Assembly (NCBI RefSeq): GCF_000025945.1
Contig: NC_006138.1
Coordinates: 1,140,001 to 1,172,000, forward strand
Reading direction: 5' to 3'
From: Desulfotalea psychrophila LSv54
Lineage (GTDB): Bacteria > Desulfobacterota > Desulfobulbia > Desulfobulbales > Desulfocapsaceae
DNA length: 32,000 nt
Shown: one piece after another, positions 9,403 to 18,434 of the stretch
Numbering within the stretch: position 1 is the stretch's first letter
How the letters are laid out: every line of letters starts with the position of its first letter
The notes under the pieces: generated by a model
Seen by the model: the letters and a program-made list of their open reading frames with translations, nothing else
The model's database searches: none
What the model was told of the DNA's origin: nothing
Translations under genes and position numbers: made by a program

Positions 9403-10509
9403 GTGGACGTGATAAACCAACTTCCAAGCCCAGAAGCATTGCTTGAAGAGCTGCATCGTGTTGTAAGTAAGCCCATTCGTTTAATGGTTGTTTGTGGTAC
9501 CCATAACCGAGCCATCCTTCGGTATGGAATCAGAGAAGAGTTACCCGATTTTATCGAACTTGTTGCTGGACCTGGTTGTAGCGTCTGTGTGATGCCGACG
9601 GGACATGTTGACGCCTTTGTTAAGGTTGCCCGCCAGCCGGACGTTATTACTGCCACCTGTGAAGACCTGTTGAAGGTACGCGGGAGCAAGGAGTCTTTGG
9701 CCGATGTCCTCAATGAGGGAGTGCACCGTGTTGAAATTATCTCTTCTCCTCGTCAGGCCCTTGAGCTGGCCTATGTAGAGGAGGATAAGATTGTTGTTTA
9801 TCCTGCCGTGGGTTTTGAGGCTACGGCTCCCAGTATTGCCGAGACTATTTTAGAGGCGGCCCAAAATGGGGTGGGAAATTTTTGTGTTATTCCTTCCATT
9901 CGCCTGCTTCCACCAACCATTGATGCCCTCCTCCTTGATCCCCAGTTGAGTATTCAGGGATTGCTCTGTTCAGATCATATCAATACCATTTCTGACACCG
10001 AAGCCTATGCCGATCTTGCCCGTAAACATAGCCTGAGCTGTTGTATTGCAGGTTTTGAAAAGGCAGAGATTCTACAGGGGATTCTCAGCATGGTTAAGCA
10101 GATCCATCGTGGTGAATCCATGGTGGATGCCAGTGGTGCCATGGTTTATTCAATGGAAGAGACAGCCCGGGCCCGGAGGGTGGTGGAAGAGGTTTTCTTT
10201 CCAACGGAAACGGCTTGGAGAGGTTTGGGCTCTATTGCTGAGAGTGGTTTTGTTATCCGTGATGAGTTGGCCCTCTATGACGCCACTAAACGTTTTAATG
10301 TTCGTTTTGCTGAGGGTACGGATCAATGCATGTGTCACTGTAATGAAATTATTTCTGGACGCGCCCTGCCGCCTGACTGTCCTGCCTTTGGTATGGCCTG
10401 TACCCTGCAGAATCCCGTGGGGCCCTGTATGATTTCCAATGAGGGCATTTGTGCTGCATACTTTAAGTATAAGTTGGAGTCTTCCAGATTTTCCCGTTTA
10501 GATGTCTAG
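9403..10509 (+). CDS. hypD: Hydrogenase expression/formation protein HypD
   Basis: VVCGTHNRAILRYGI, VAGPGCSVCVMPTGHVDA, AVGFEATAPSIAET, WRGLGSIAESGF and FGMACTLQNPVGPCMISNEGICAAYFKY. Likely GTG start with an aaaggag RBS. Confidence 0.93.
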   Translation: MDVINQLPSPEALLEELHRVVSKPIRLMVVCGTHNRAILRYGIREELPDFIELVAGPGCSVCVMPTGHVDAFVKVARQPDVITATCEDLLKVRGSKESLADVLNEGVHRVEIISSPRQALELAYVEEDKIVVYPAVGFEATAPSIAETILEAAQNGVGNFCVIPSIRLLPPTIDALLLDPQLSIQGLLCSDHINTISDTEAYADLARKHSLSCCIAGFEKAEILQGILSMVKQIHRGESMVDASGAMVYSMEETARARRVVEEVFFPTETAWRGLGSIAESGFVIRDELALYDATKRFNVRFAEGTDQCMCHCNEIISGRALPPDCPAFGMACTLQNPVGPCMISNEGICAAYFKYKLESSRFSRLDV

Positions 10510-10528
10510 TCTTATTTAGAAGGATATT

Positions 10529-10774
10529 ATGCACGAGTTTTCTCTTGCCCAGGGCCTGCACGATCAGTTGCTTGACCTTGCCCATGAACATGAGGCCCAG
10601 AGGGTGCAAAAGGCTGAAATCTGTATCGGTGAAAATGCCGGTATTGTTGTGGAATCATTTCTCTTTGGCTTTGATGTCCTTGCCAGTCAAAATGATATTA
10701 CCAGAGATACCGAGCTGGTCGTTGAGAGAGACGATGGCAGAGATCTCATCCTGATGCGTCTTGAGCTTTCTTGA
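10529..10774 (+). CDS. hypA: HypA-like nickel chaperone, apparently lacking the zinc-binding domain
   Basis: MHEFSLAQGLHDQLLDLAHEH...ENAGIVVESFLFGFDVLA matches the HypA N-terminal half. The C-terminus GRDLILMRLEL resembles the HypA terminal strand (GRELxLKSLE). No CxxC pairs lie between. Immediately follows hypD. Confidence 0.85.
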   Translation: MHEFSLAQGLHDQLLDLAHEHEAQRVQKAEICIGENAGIVVESFLFGFDVLASQNDITRDTELVVERDDGRDLILMRLELS

Positions 10775-10847
10775 GATTTTCTTGCCTGCAGTGGAGGATG
10801 TATAGGGAGAAGCGATTATTGAACTTATTGATATCTGGATTAACTAT

Positions 10848-10876
10848 TTGACTTATATACCTAATTATTAAAGAAT
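10848..10876 (+). promoter_or_regulatory. Possible sigma70-like promoter for the MauE/rhodanese pair
   Basis: TTGACT - 17 nt - AAGAAT, about 45 nt upstream of the 10919 start. Sequence inspection only. Confidence 0.3.
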
Positions 10877-10918
10877 AGCAACTTGTTGAGGTTGTTAAAC
10901 TATTAATACGGGTGAGGT

Positions 10919-11413
10919 ATGTCTGCCAGATATCAAGATAAAAAGTACCACTATATAGACAGATCCTGTTGTTGCCTGTTGGCTGTGGTTTTTTTCTATG
11001 CAGGCATCCCCAAGTTGTTCCATCCAGTCGATTTTGCCCTGACCATTGAGGCCTATGGCATGTTGCCCGACATGCTGGTCATACCTGTTTCCTATCTCCT
11101 GCCCCTTTTTGAAGTTGTTTTAGGTCTTGCCCTCTTGCAGGGGCGGGTGGAGGGGGTATGGGCTGCCCTTTTTCTGCTCATCTCTTTTATTTTGATTTTA
11201 AGCTACGCCCTCTATCTCGGGCTTGATATTGACTGCGGTTGCTTTGGCCCCGAAGATCCGGAGCAGGCTGCCTTTTCGGGCATACGTACAGCCCTGATCC
11301 GTGATTTTCTCCTTCTTATTCCTGTCATTATCCCCCTTACCCTGCGAAAAGCATATGCGGAGCTTTGGCTGCCGCTTTTTTTAAATCCATTATTCCTTAA
11401 GGAGAAGAAATGA
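10919..11413 (+). CDS. MauE/DoxX-like integral membrane protein
   Basis: Multiple hydrophobic helices; FFYAGIPKLFHPVDFA, LLPLFEVVLGLALL and DCGCFG, typical of MauE/DoxX-type redox membrane proteins. Confidence 0.75.
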   Translation: MSARYQDKKYHYIDRSCCCLLAVVFFYAGIPKLFHPVDFALTIEAYGMLPDMLVIPVSYLLPLFEVVLGLALLQGRVEGVWAALFLLISFILILSYALYLGLDIDCGCFGPEDPEQAAFSGIRTALIRDFLLLIPVIIPLTLRKAYAELWLPLFLNPLFLKEKK

Positions 11414-11934
11414 ATATTAAAGTATCGGCATTGGTTTTTGCCCTCTGTCTGGCAGTTGCAGGAAACTGTTTTGCCTTTGGTAGCTCTAAGTTTAAAAAAG
11501 AGGTAGAAAAGGAAACAGGGGCGGTCAAGCTTGTGCGTGAGGTTCAGCGTGGTGGTTACGATCTGCTCACTACAGATGAGTTGAAGAAGATGATTGATGG
11601 GGGCCAGAAGATGGTCATCGTTGATACCATGCCCTATGAGTCCAGTTATAAAAAGGCCCATCTTCCCGGTGCTGTCCAGTTTCTCTTTCCTATTCCAGAT
11701 ATGAATATCTGGGATAGCGCCGAGACAGCCGGTAAGACAGAGGCGGATTATAAGGCCCTCTTAGGTAGTGATCTGGATGCTACTATTGTGGTTTACTGTG
11801 GCTTTGTTAAGTGTACTCGCAGTCATAATGGTGCTGTCTGGGCGAAAAAATTGGGTTATAAAAACGTCTATCGCTATTCAGGTGGTATCTATGCCTGGAA
11901 GGGTGCCGGTTGTTCTGTGGCCAAGGTTAAGTAG
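11410..11934 (+). CDS. Exported rhodanese-like domain protein
   Basis: Signal-peptide-like N-terminus. Rhodanese features: LTTDELKKMID...VIVDTMPYESSYKKAHLPGAVQF, VVYCGFVKCTRSHNGAVWAKKLGYKNVYRYSGGIYAWKGAG. Overlaps the previous gene by 4 nt (ATGA). Confidence 0.85.
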   Translation: MNIKVSALVFALCLAVAGNCFAFGSSKFKKEVEKETGAVKLVREVQRGGYDLLTTDELKKMIDGGQKMVIVDTMPYESSYKKAHLPGAVQFLFPIPDMNIWDSAETAGKTEADYKALLGSDLDATIVVYCGFVKCTRSHNGAVWAKKLGYKNVYRYSGGIYAWKGAGCSVAKVK

Positions 11935-11956
11935 ACTTAAGGTGTGAATGTAGTGG

Positions 11957-11984
11957 AAATGGCAGCTTGAGCTGCCATTTTTTT
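11957..11984. terminator. Intrinsic terminator between convergent genes
   Basis: 10-bp perfect stem aaatggcagc / gctgccattt with ttga loop and a T7 run on the plus strand. Confidence 0.88.
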
Positions 11985-11993
11985 GTGGCCCGT

Positions 11994-12524
11994 CTATATT
12001 TCCCGTAGGTAGTCGTTTTTCAGGGTGACATAGCTTTGGGCAGACTCTTGCAGATAGTCAAGCTCATCCTCTCTCAGGGGTCTGGCCTTTTGGGCCGGGC
12101 TGCCCTGATAGAGGAAGCCGCTTTCAAGTCTCTTCCCCGGGGTGACCAGAGAACCCGCTGCCAGTAGTACATCGTCCTCTATGATGACTCCATCAAGGAC
12201 AATAGCTCCCATACCAATAAGTACCCTGTTGCCTATCTGACAGCCGTGCAGCATGGCCTTGTGACCGATGGTAACATCTGTGCCAATATCGATTCGAAAA
12301 CCATTGGGTTTTATCTTGCTCTTGCGACTGACGTGGAGGACACTTCCCTCCTGAATATTGGTGCGGGCGCCGATGGTAATGGTGTGGACATCACCGCGTA
12401 TTGCCACCAGTGGCCAGATATTGACATCGTCACCCAAGCGGACATCACCGATAACAACAGAACTGCTATCTACATAGACATTCTTGCCAACAGTGGGCAG
12501 GACTTTTAGAAATGGGCGTAGCAT
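11994..12524 (-). CDS. Gamma-class carbonic anhydrase / hexapeptide-repeat protein (YrdA/CaiE-like)
   Basis: Left-handed beta-helix repeats: VIGDVRLGDDVNIWPLVAIRGDVHTITIGARTNIQEGSVLHV...GHKAMLHGCQIGNRVLIGMGAIVLDG. Likely start is the internal Met (MLRPFLKVLP). Confidence 0.88.
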   Translation of the reverse strand: MLRPFLKVLPTVGKNVYVDSSSVVIGDVRLGDDVNIWPLVAIRGDVHTITIGARTNIQEGSVLHVSRKSKIKPNGFRIDIGTDVTIGHKAMLHGCQIGNRVLIGMGAIVLDGVIIEDDVLLAAGSLVTPGKRLESGFLYQGSPAQKARPLREDELDYLQESAQSYVTLKNDYLREI

Positions 12525-12705
12525 AATACTCCTAGGTCTCTGACTTTTGCTCAAGGAAAATCTTATCTCTTGCCTCCAGAGTATCCGTCCGGTGGCATCA
12601 TGACTATATAATATAAATTCAGGTGAAGACGAAGGGAAATATGCATCCCTCCTATTTTGGGTGGTGGTCTTGTTTGCTCATGAGCTGTCAACTGCCGGGC
12701 ACAAA

Positions 12706-12737
12706 AAAAGGCGACGGGGATATCCCCGTCGCCTTTT
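12706..12737 (-). terminator. Rho-independent terminator of the lactate utilisation operon
   Basis: Perfect palindrome aaaaggcgacgggg-atat-ccccgtcgcctttt. A T run follows on the minus strand just after the lutB-like stop. Confidence 0.93.
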
Positions 12738-12764
12738 CACTAGCTTTCTGCTAGAGAGGTGTCT

Positions 12765-14915
12765 CTATTTTCTGCGCTTGGCCAGCATCTCAGCGATGTG
12801 GCGTACCTCAATATTAAGACCGTGCTTTTTCGCACCACCACGGATCTGCATAACGCAACCAGGGCAGTCTGTGACGAGAATATCGGCCTTTGTCTCCTGG
12901 ATGTTTTTTAGCTTGTTTTCAAGAAGCTGACCGGAAATTTTAGGAAACTTAGCAGAGTAGGTGCCACCAAAGCCACAGCAGACGTCTTCCTCGGCGCATG
13001 GCACATAGTCGAGCCCCGCCTTAACCATAAGTTCGCGTGGGGCATCTTTCACCCCAAGGCCACGACAGAGATGGCAGGGGGCATGGTAGGTGACCTTCTC
13101 ACCCTTGGTGGTGATGAAATCTTCCCTCTTCATCTCGATAACATCGTTCATAAAGGAGCTGTAATCAATGAACTTGTCGGTGATCTTATCCACCCGGCTG
13201 GCGTAGATAGGATCGTCGCCAATAATCTTCTTGTAGTTGTGCTTAAAGTGAGAGACACAGGAGGCACACATACTGAGGATATAATCGCAGTCACACTTCT
13301 CAAAGGCTTCCAGATTCTGAATAGCAATCTCTTTTGCAGCCTGCATCTCGCCGAGCATCTGCATGGGCAGGCCGCAGCAGGTCTGCTCCATTGGGAACTC
13401 TACGGAAACCCCCTTGTCTCTAAAGCTCTCAATGGTGGCAACGGATTGTTCCGGATAGACAAAATCCTGAACACAGCCGGCAAAGAAGGCAATCTTAATC
13501 TTGGGCTTAGCAGGGTTTTTACCGATTCTCTGCCAGATATCTCTGAAAGGTTCCTTGGCCACGGTGGGCAGGGCCCTGAAGTCATGGCTGGGGAAGAAGA
13601 CCATGGGCAGATGACGCATGAAGCCGTCTTTGCCCTTGAGAGGTTTTTGGGCGGTCTGGGCGATGCGGAGGAACTTGTGGAAGAGTTTACGGTTCTTCAG
13701 CATCTTGCCGGCCAGGGCAGAGTAGAGCGGATGTCCTGCCTTGTCCTGAATTCTGATGTGAATCTCTTTGATCAGGGCTGGCAGGTCAATGCCGGCTGCA
13801 CATACCTCCTTACAGGCGCCACAGTTGATACAGTTCTGGACCAGATTTTTGGCCTTCTCTTCACCGTGGAAGAAATAGGTGAGGATGAGACCGATGGCAC
13901 CGATATAGATATGGCCCATCTTGTGTCCGCCAACCATTCGGTATACGGGGCAGACATTGGCACAGGCCCCGCAGCGAACACAGGCGAGTACCTGAGAGAA
14001 CTGAGGGTCTTTGGCCATGGCACTACGACCGTTATCGAGGAAGATATAGTGCATCTTCTTGCCGGTGTCGGTGCTGGCACATTCATTGGCACCGGTTACC
14101 CAGGTGACATAGGAGGTGAGACCCTGGCCGGTGGCATTACGGGGGAGGGCCTTGAGGATGCGCAGGGCATCGTGCATATTTGCGGTAAGCTTTTCAAGTC
14201 CCATCAGGGCAACGTGAACGCGTGGCACGGTACTTGCCATTCGGGCGTTACCTTCGTTGGTGACAATGCCGATGGTACCGGTTTCAGCAATGGCAAAGTT
14301 ACCACCGGAAAAACCCATATCGGCCTTGACGAATACGCCACGAAGTTCCTCACGGGCCACCCTGACAAGGGTTGTAATATCATCATTTTGCTTCTTGCCA
14401 GTAACATCACTGAAGAGATCACGCACCTGGTAGCGAGAGAGGTGGATGGCAGGCACAACCATGTGGCTGGGGCCCTCGTGGCGGAGCTGGATGATGTATT
14501 CGCCAAGATCACTCTCTGTTACCTCAAAACCCTCGTCTTCGAGGTAGTGAGTAAGGAGGGTTTCCTCGGAGGTCATGGACTTAGCCTTAACCACCGACTG
14601 GCAATTTTCATCTCTGGCGATCCGGGCAATCAGCTCATTTGCTGCCTGGGCATCCTTTGCCAGGTGAACAACGGCACCGTTTTTCTCGGCGTTCTTTTTA
14701 AACTGGGCGTAGAGCGCGTCAAGGTTTTTTACAGCCTCTTTTTTGGCGCAGGCGATTTCGCCTATGAGCTTTTTGTCATCGATGCCGGCAAATGCCTTGT
14801 GTCTGCTCTCCTTATAGGAGATGGCAAATTTGTCCATCATGCTTCTGAGAAAGTCATCGTTAAGGGCTTCGTCGAGCTCTGTTCTGTACTGGGATAGGTT
14901 TTTAGCAGTTTGCAT
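12765..14915 (-). CDS. LutB/LldF-like LUD-domain iron-sulfur protein fused to a C-terminal cysteine-rich (CCG) domain
   Basis: Contains DVTGKKQNDDITTLVRVAREELRGVFVKADMGFSGGNFAIAETGTIGIVTNEGNARM, ferredoxin motifs CVRCGACANVCPVY and CINCGACKEVCAAGID, and C-terminal CCG motifs CCGLPM, CHLCRGLGV, CCGFGGTYS, CPGCVMQ. Start taken at the internal ATG (MQTAKNLSQ) behind a tggagg RBS. Confidence 0.9.
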   Translation of the reverse strand: MQTAKNLSQYRTELDEALNDDFLRSMMDKFAISYKESRHKAFAGIDDKKLIGEIACAKKEAVKNLDALYAQFKKNAEKNGAVVHLAKDAQAANELIARIARDENCQSVVKAKSMTSEETLLTHYLEDEGFEVTESDLGEYIIQLRHEGPSHMVVPAIHLSRYQVRDLFSDVTGKKQNDDITTLVRVAREELRGVFVKADMGFSGGNFAIAETGTIGIVTNEGNARMASTVPRVHVALMGLEKLTANMHDALRILKALPRNATGQGLTSYVTWVTGANECASTDTGKKMHYIFLDNGRSAMAKDPQFSQVLACVRCGACANVCPVYRMVGGHKMGHIYIGAIGLILTYFFHGEEKAKNLVQNCINCGACKEVCAAGIDLPALIKEIHIRIQDKAGHPLYSALAGKMLKNRKLFHKFLRIAQTAQKPLKGKDGFMRHLPMVFFPSHDFRALPTVAKEPFRDIWQRIGKNPAKPKIKIAFFAGCVQDFVYPEQSVATIESFRDKGVSVEFPMEQTCCGLPMQMLGEMQAAKEIAIQNLEAFEKCDCDYILSMCASCVSHFKHNYKKIIGDDPIYASRVDKITDKFIDYSSFMNDVIEMKREDFITTKGEKVTYHAPCHLCRGLGVKDAPRELMVKAGLDYVPCAEEDVCCGFGGTYSAKFPKISGQLLENKLKNIQETKADILVTDCPGCVMQIRGGAKKHGLNIEVRHIAEMLAKRRK

Positions 14916-15508
14916 TACACTTCCTCCAAAAGAAGAATATGGAGATAGAGGGGGCCATGGGCGCCAACGGTAAGAACACGCTCGACATCTGCGGTACGAC
15001 TGGGTCCGGTGATGAAGGCTGTGTAGTCTGCCTTTTTCATCCAACCCGTGAGGATGTCTTCAATATCGTAGGCGTCAGCAACAATTTTTGCTACGGGGAG
15101 AACGGCAATATGTGCTTCGCTTACCATGGTGGCAAGGCGTAACTCTTCGTTTGGGCAGTTGAGAACAATTGTGCCTGTGTCGATAATACCGTAGTCGGCA
15201 AAGGTGAATCCGATGTCAACGCCACCGAGGTAGGAGCGCATATTGTTCTTGATAAGCTTAAAGTCCTTAGCATCAGCTAGGCCTTTAAGGCTTGCAAACT
15301 GGTCATCGCTCAGGGTCGGGGCAGCAATAATTTTACCTGGTTTATTGGAAAGATCCTTCGGGCATCCGGGAAAAGGCTTACGCTCTTCCTTTTCAGCACA
15401 GAGGTCTACAGCATATTTATATGCTTCTTCCATTGAAGAGACCCTGGCCACTGAGGCATGAACTGCCTCAGCCCTGTCGCTGAAAAGTTGTATGTCTTTT
15501 TCTGTCAT
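14915..15508 (-). CDS. lutC: LutC-like LUD-domain protein
   Basis: DIGFTFADYGIIDTGTIVLNCPNEELRLATMVSEAHIAVLPVAKIV...YTAFITGPSRTADVERVLTVGAHGPLYLHILLLEE. Confidence 0.87.
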   Translation of the reverse strand: MTEKDIQLFSDRAEAVHASVARVSSMEEAYKYAVDLCAEKEERKPFPGCPKDLSNKPGKIIAAPTLSDDQFASLKGLADAKDFKLIKNNMRSYLGGVDIGFTFADYGIIDTGTIVLNCPNEELRLATMVSEAHIAVLPVAKIVADAYDIEDILTGWMKKADYTAFITGPSRTADVERVLTVGAHGPLYLHILLLEEV

Positions 15509-15636
15509 TTTTGTTTCCTTGTACGCGAGATAATTTTTTGTTGCGGCGATACCTGACCCTATCCTATCTTTAGATGAGGCCTGTTTTTCGTCCCTGGATC
15601 AGAGTGTCTTTTGAAGGCCGCACTGATTCGGGAAAA

Positions 15637-15660
15637 CTCCCGCTAAACTGATAGCGGGAG
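15637..15660 (-). terminator. Intra-operonic hairpin / attenuator between glcF-like and lutC-like genes
   Basis: 9-bp perfect stem ctcccgcta / tagcgggag. On the minus strand it is followed by TTTT. Confidence 0.55.
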
Positions 15661-15668
15661 GGGTACTG

Positions 15669-16964
15669 CTATGGTAATGATTCTGCGTAAATTTCTATAA
15701 CGTGACGCACCTCGACTCCTCCACCCGATTGGGAGAGGACATCGGCAAGTTGCATCATGCATGCCGGGCAACCGGTACTGACCACATCTGCCTTAACCGC
15801 CCTTATATTGTCGGCCTTATGCATACCTATCTGCTTTGAAAGGTCGTAGTGGAAGAGATTAAAGGTGCCACCATTTCCACAGCACTTATTGGCATCGGTC
15901 ATTTCCTTGAACTCATAGGACGGATTCAACTTGAGCAGGGTCCGTGGTTGGCTGGTAACCTTAAGGGACTTGGCCAGATGGCATGGGTCATGGTAGGTGA
16001 CGACCTTGCCGCCGACTGGTTTTTCAGCAGGCTCCTTAACACCGAGGACATTAACAATAAATTCATTGATATCCATGGCCTTGGCTGCAAGACGGGTTAC
16101 CTTTTCTTTGAAGATGGCATCTTCATCGTCAATCATCTTGATCCACAGCTCTTTTATGGTATCTGTACAGGTGCCGCAGGGGGTGATGATATAGTCAAAA
16201 TCTTTGTTGTCAAAGGCCTGAACATTTTGTCTCATCAGGGCAATAAAGGCCTTGGTCTCTCCGGAGGCGAGGGTGGGGATGCCACAGCAGGCCTGACCTT
16301 TTGGTAAAAATACGCCAACACCATGATGCTTAAAGATCTTCATGGCAGCATGACCGATATGGGGGCTCATCTTGTCCACAACGCAACCGGGGAAGAAGGC
16401 AATCTTCACCCCGCTTTTGCCCGCCGGGGTATCCAGCTGTGGATAATCCAGTCGAAAGGGTCGCTTGGCCAGAGAGCCGAAGTGTCTTTTGCCCAGTAAC
16501 GGAGTGAGGAGGCTACAGCTGTTTGTGGCTGCAGCCGCATCTTCCTTATGAACAAAAATGTTTTGAAACTGTGCACTTACCAAGGTAAGAAAATCAAAGA
16601 GTTTTGGGCGGGTTAAAAACCCTCGGAATATGATCTTCTTCAGCGGATGGAGACCCTTGTAGGTGGTGACAATAACGCGGGCATTGATAAAGATGTCCAT
16701 GATATGTACGCCACTGGGGCAGGCCGCTGCACAGGAGCCACAGAGGAGGCATTTGGTCAGTTTCTCATTCACCTGATCTGAATCCTTGATCATTTCACGA
16801 GCAAGTTGCTCAAGTAATGCGATCTTGCCCCGAGTAACATCACCTTCATGCATGGTTTCAGCAAAGACTGGACAGACCGCTTGGCACATGCCGCATTTCA
16901 TGCAGGAGGCCATCTGGTCATCGAGTTCCATGAGCTGATCGGCTAATTTTTTAAGATCAGACAT
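15669..16964 (-). CDS. glcF: GlcF/LldE-type (Fe-S)-binding oxidoreductase subunit
   Basis: Ferredoxin motifs CMKCGMCQAVCPVF and CLLCGSCAAACPSG. CCG motifs CCGIPT, CGTCTDT, TYHDPCHLAK, KCCGNGGTF, CPACMMQ. Confidence 0.88.
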   Translation of the reverse strand: MSDLKKLADQLMELDDQMASCMKCGMCQAVCPVFAETMHEGDVTRGKIALLEQLAREMIKDSDQVNEKLTKCLLCGSCAAACPSGVHIMDIFINARVIVTTYKGLHPLKKIIFRGFLTRPKLFDFLTLVSAQFQNIFVHKEDAAAATNSCSLLTPLLGKRHFGSLAKRPFRLDYPQLDTPAGKSGVKIAFFPGCVVDKMSPHIGHAAMKIFKHHGVGVFLPKGQACCGIPTLASGETKAFIALMRQNVQAFDNKDFDYIITPCGTCTDTIKELWIKMIDDEDAIFKEKVTRLAAKAMDINEFIVNVLGVKEPAEKPVGGKVVTYHDPCHLAKSLKVTSQPRTLLKLNPSYEFKEMTDANKCCGNGGTFNLFHYDLSKQIGMHKADNIRAVKADVVSTGCPACMMQLADVLSQSGGGVEVRHVIEIYAESLP

Positions 16965-16969
16965 TTTTA

Positions 16970-18352
16970 CTAACCTCCAATGATCTTGCCGGGGTTTAAG
17001 ATTCCCTTGGGATCAATAGCTTTTTTCATGTTTAGTGAGTAATCAAGAGTAGCTCTTGAGGTTTCTTTTTCCATCCATTTAGACTTAGCGATACCGATGC
17101 CGTGCTCTCCAGAGAGGGTGCCTTTTAGAGAAAGGGCAACGTCAAATATCTCATCAATTGCCTCTTCAACTCGGGCAAATTCCTTTTTATCCCGGCGATC
17201 ACAGAGAATGGTTGGGTGAAGATTGCCGTCACCGGCGTGGCCAAAGGTGCCTATGGAAAGGTTATGCTTTTTCGCAATATTATTAACCCCACGAATCATT
17301 GCAGGAATCTGGCTACGGGGAACCGTAGCATCTTCAAGTACTGTTGTTGGGCGGGCTCGGGCCAGAGCGGGGAGGGCATTACGACGTGCAGTCCAGAGGC
17401 TTTCTCGTTCCGCTGCAGTTTCTGCCGCCTGAACATAGGTAGCACCGATTTTTTTACAGAGCTTAACAATCTTTTCTGCATCTTCGGCAACTTCTGCCGG
17501 ATGGCCATCTACCTCGATGAGCAAAATTCCCTGGGCATCGGTTGGTAGACCGGCCTTGGTGTAGTCTTCAACATAACGAATAACAGCGTTATCGAGTAAC
17601 TCAAGGGTACAGGGAACGATGTGGCTTGCAATAATTCCAGCCACAGCTTCTGAGGCCTTATCAATATCATCGAAAACAGCCATCATAGCCTTGGAGGCCT
17701 TTGGGGGTGGGACAAGCTTAAGGATGATGTTGCTGAAGATGCCGAGGGTGCCCTCGGAGGCAATCATTAAACCGGTGAGATTATATCCTGTTACGCATTT
17801 GACTGTGCGGGAACCGGATTTGATGAGATCGCCATTGACGTCATAGAAATCTATACCCATTACATAGTCTTTGGTGACACCGTATTTGAGACCCCGGAGT
17901 CCACCAGCATTCTCAGCGACGTTACCGGCCAGGGTGGAGACGGCTTGACTGCCTGGATCAGGCGGGTAAAAGAGATTACGTTTTGCCACCTCGTTGGCAA
18001 ACTGAGCGGTGACTACACCGGGCTCTACTACGGCATAGAGATCCTCTTCGTTAATCTCAAGTATCTTGTTCAGACCATTGGTGAGAAGAACGACTCCGCC
18101 GGGATGGGGAATTGTTCCACCCGAGAGGTTGGTGCCGGCACCACGTACGGTGACGGGAAGGCCAAGATCATTACAGAGCCTGGTTACGGGACCTATTTCC
18201 TCGGTGGTGCAGGGCTTGACAACCAGAGCAGGAACCGACGGGGTAAGTACTGCCGAGTCGTATGAGTAGGTATGGAGATCGCTCTCCGTGTGCAACACGT
18301 TTTTTGCACCAACGATTGCCGCAAACTCTTTGGCTAATTTGGAATTGGACAT
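16970..18352 (-). CDS. glcD: FAD-linked oxidase, GlcD-like (probable D-lactate/glycolate dehydrogenase)
   Basis: PVTVRGAGTNLSGGTIPHPGG, NAGGLRGLKYGVTKDYVMG, GTLGIFSNIILKL, THGHAGDGNLHPTI-like IGTFGHAGDGNLHPTILCD, SGEHGIGIAKSKWM. Substrate is inference from the adjacent lactate permease. Confidence 0.9.
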   Translation of the reverse strand: MSNSKLAKEFAAIVGAKNVLHTESDLHTYSYDSAVLTPSVPALVVKPCTTEEIGPVTRLCNDLGLPVTVRGAGTNLSGGTIPHPGGVVLLTNGLNKILEINEEDLYAVVEPGVVTAQFANEVAKRNLFYPPDPGSQAVSTLAGNVAENAGGLRGLKYGVTKDYVMGIDFYDVNGDLIKSGSRTVKCVTGYNLTGLMIASEGTLGIFSNIILKLVPPPKASKAMMAVFDDIDKASEAVAGIIASHIVPCTLELLDNAVIRYVEDYTKAGLPTDAQGILLIEVDGHPAEVAEDAEKIVKLCKKIGATYVQAAETAAERESLWTARRNALPALARARPTTVLEDATVPRSQIPAMIRGVNNIAKKHNLSIGTFGHAGDGNLHPTILCDRRDKKEFARVEEAIDEIFDVALSLKGTLSGEHGIGIAKSKWMEKETSRATLDYSLNMKKAIDPKGILNPGKIIGG

Positions 18353-18434
18353 CTTTTCTCCTGTAAAATATATGATAATAATAACGTTGCCGGCAGGGAT
18401 AGGTGGCTAATCCTGCCGGTTGGTGAGTTTTTAA

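Noticed and set aside
10772-10840. Possible UGA readthrough at the hypA end (LELS-U-DFLACSGGCIGRSDY)
   Set aside because: The protein already ends at the usual HypA C-terminus, no family Cys is expected there, and I saw no convincing SECIS hairpin. Treated as a normal stop.
13071-14897. Long (608 aa) plus-strand ORF antisense to the LutB-like gene
   Set aside because: It lies entirely opposite a confidently assigned CDS, has no recognisable domain, and is low-complexity translation typical of a shadow ORF.
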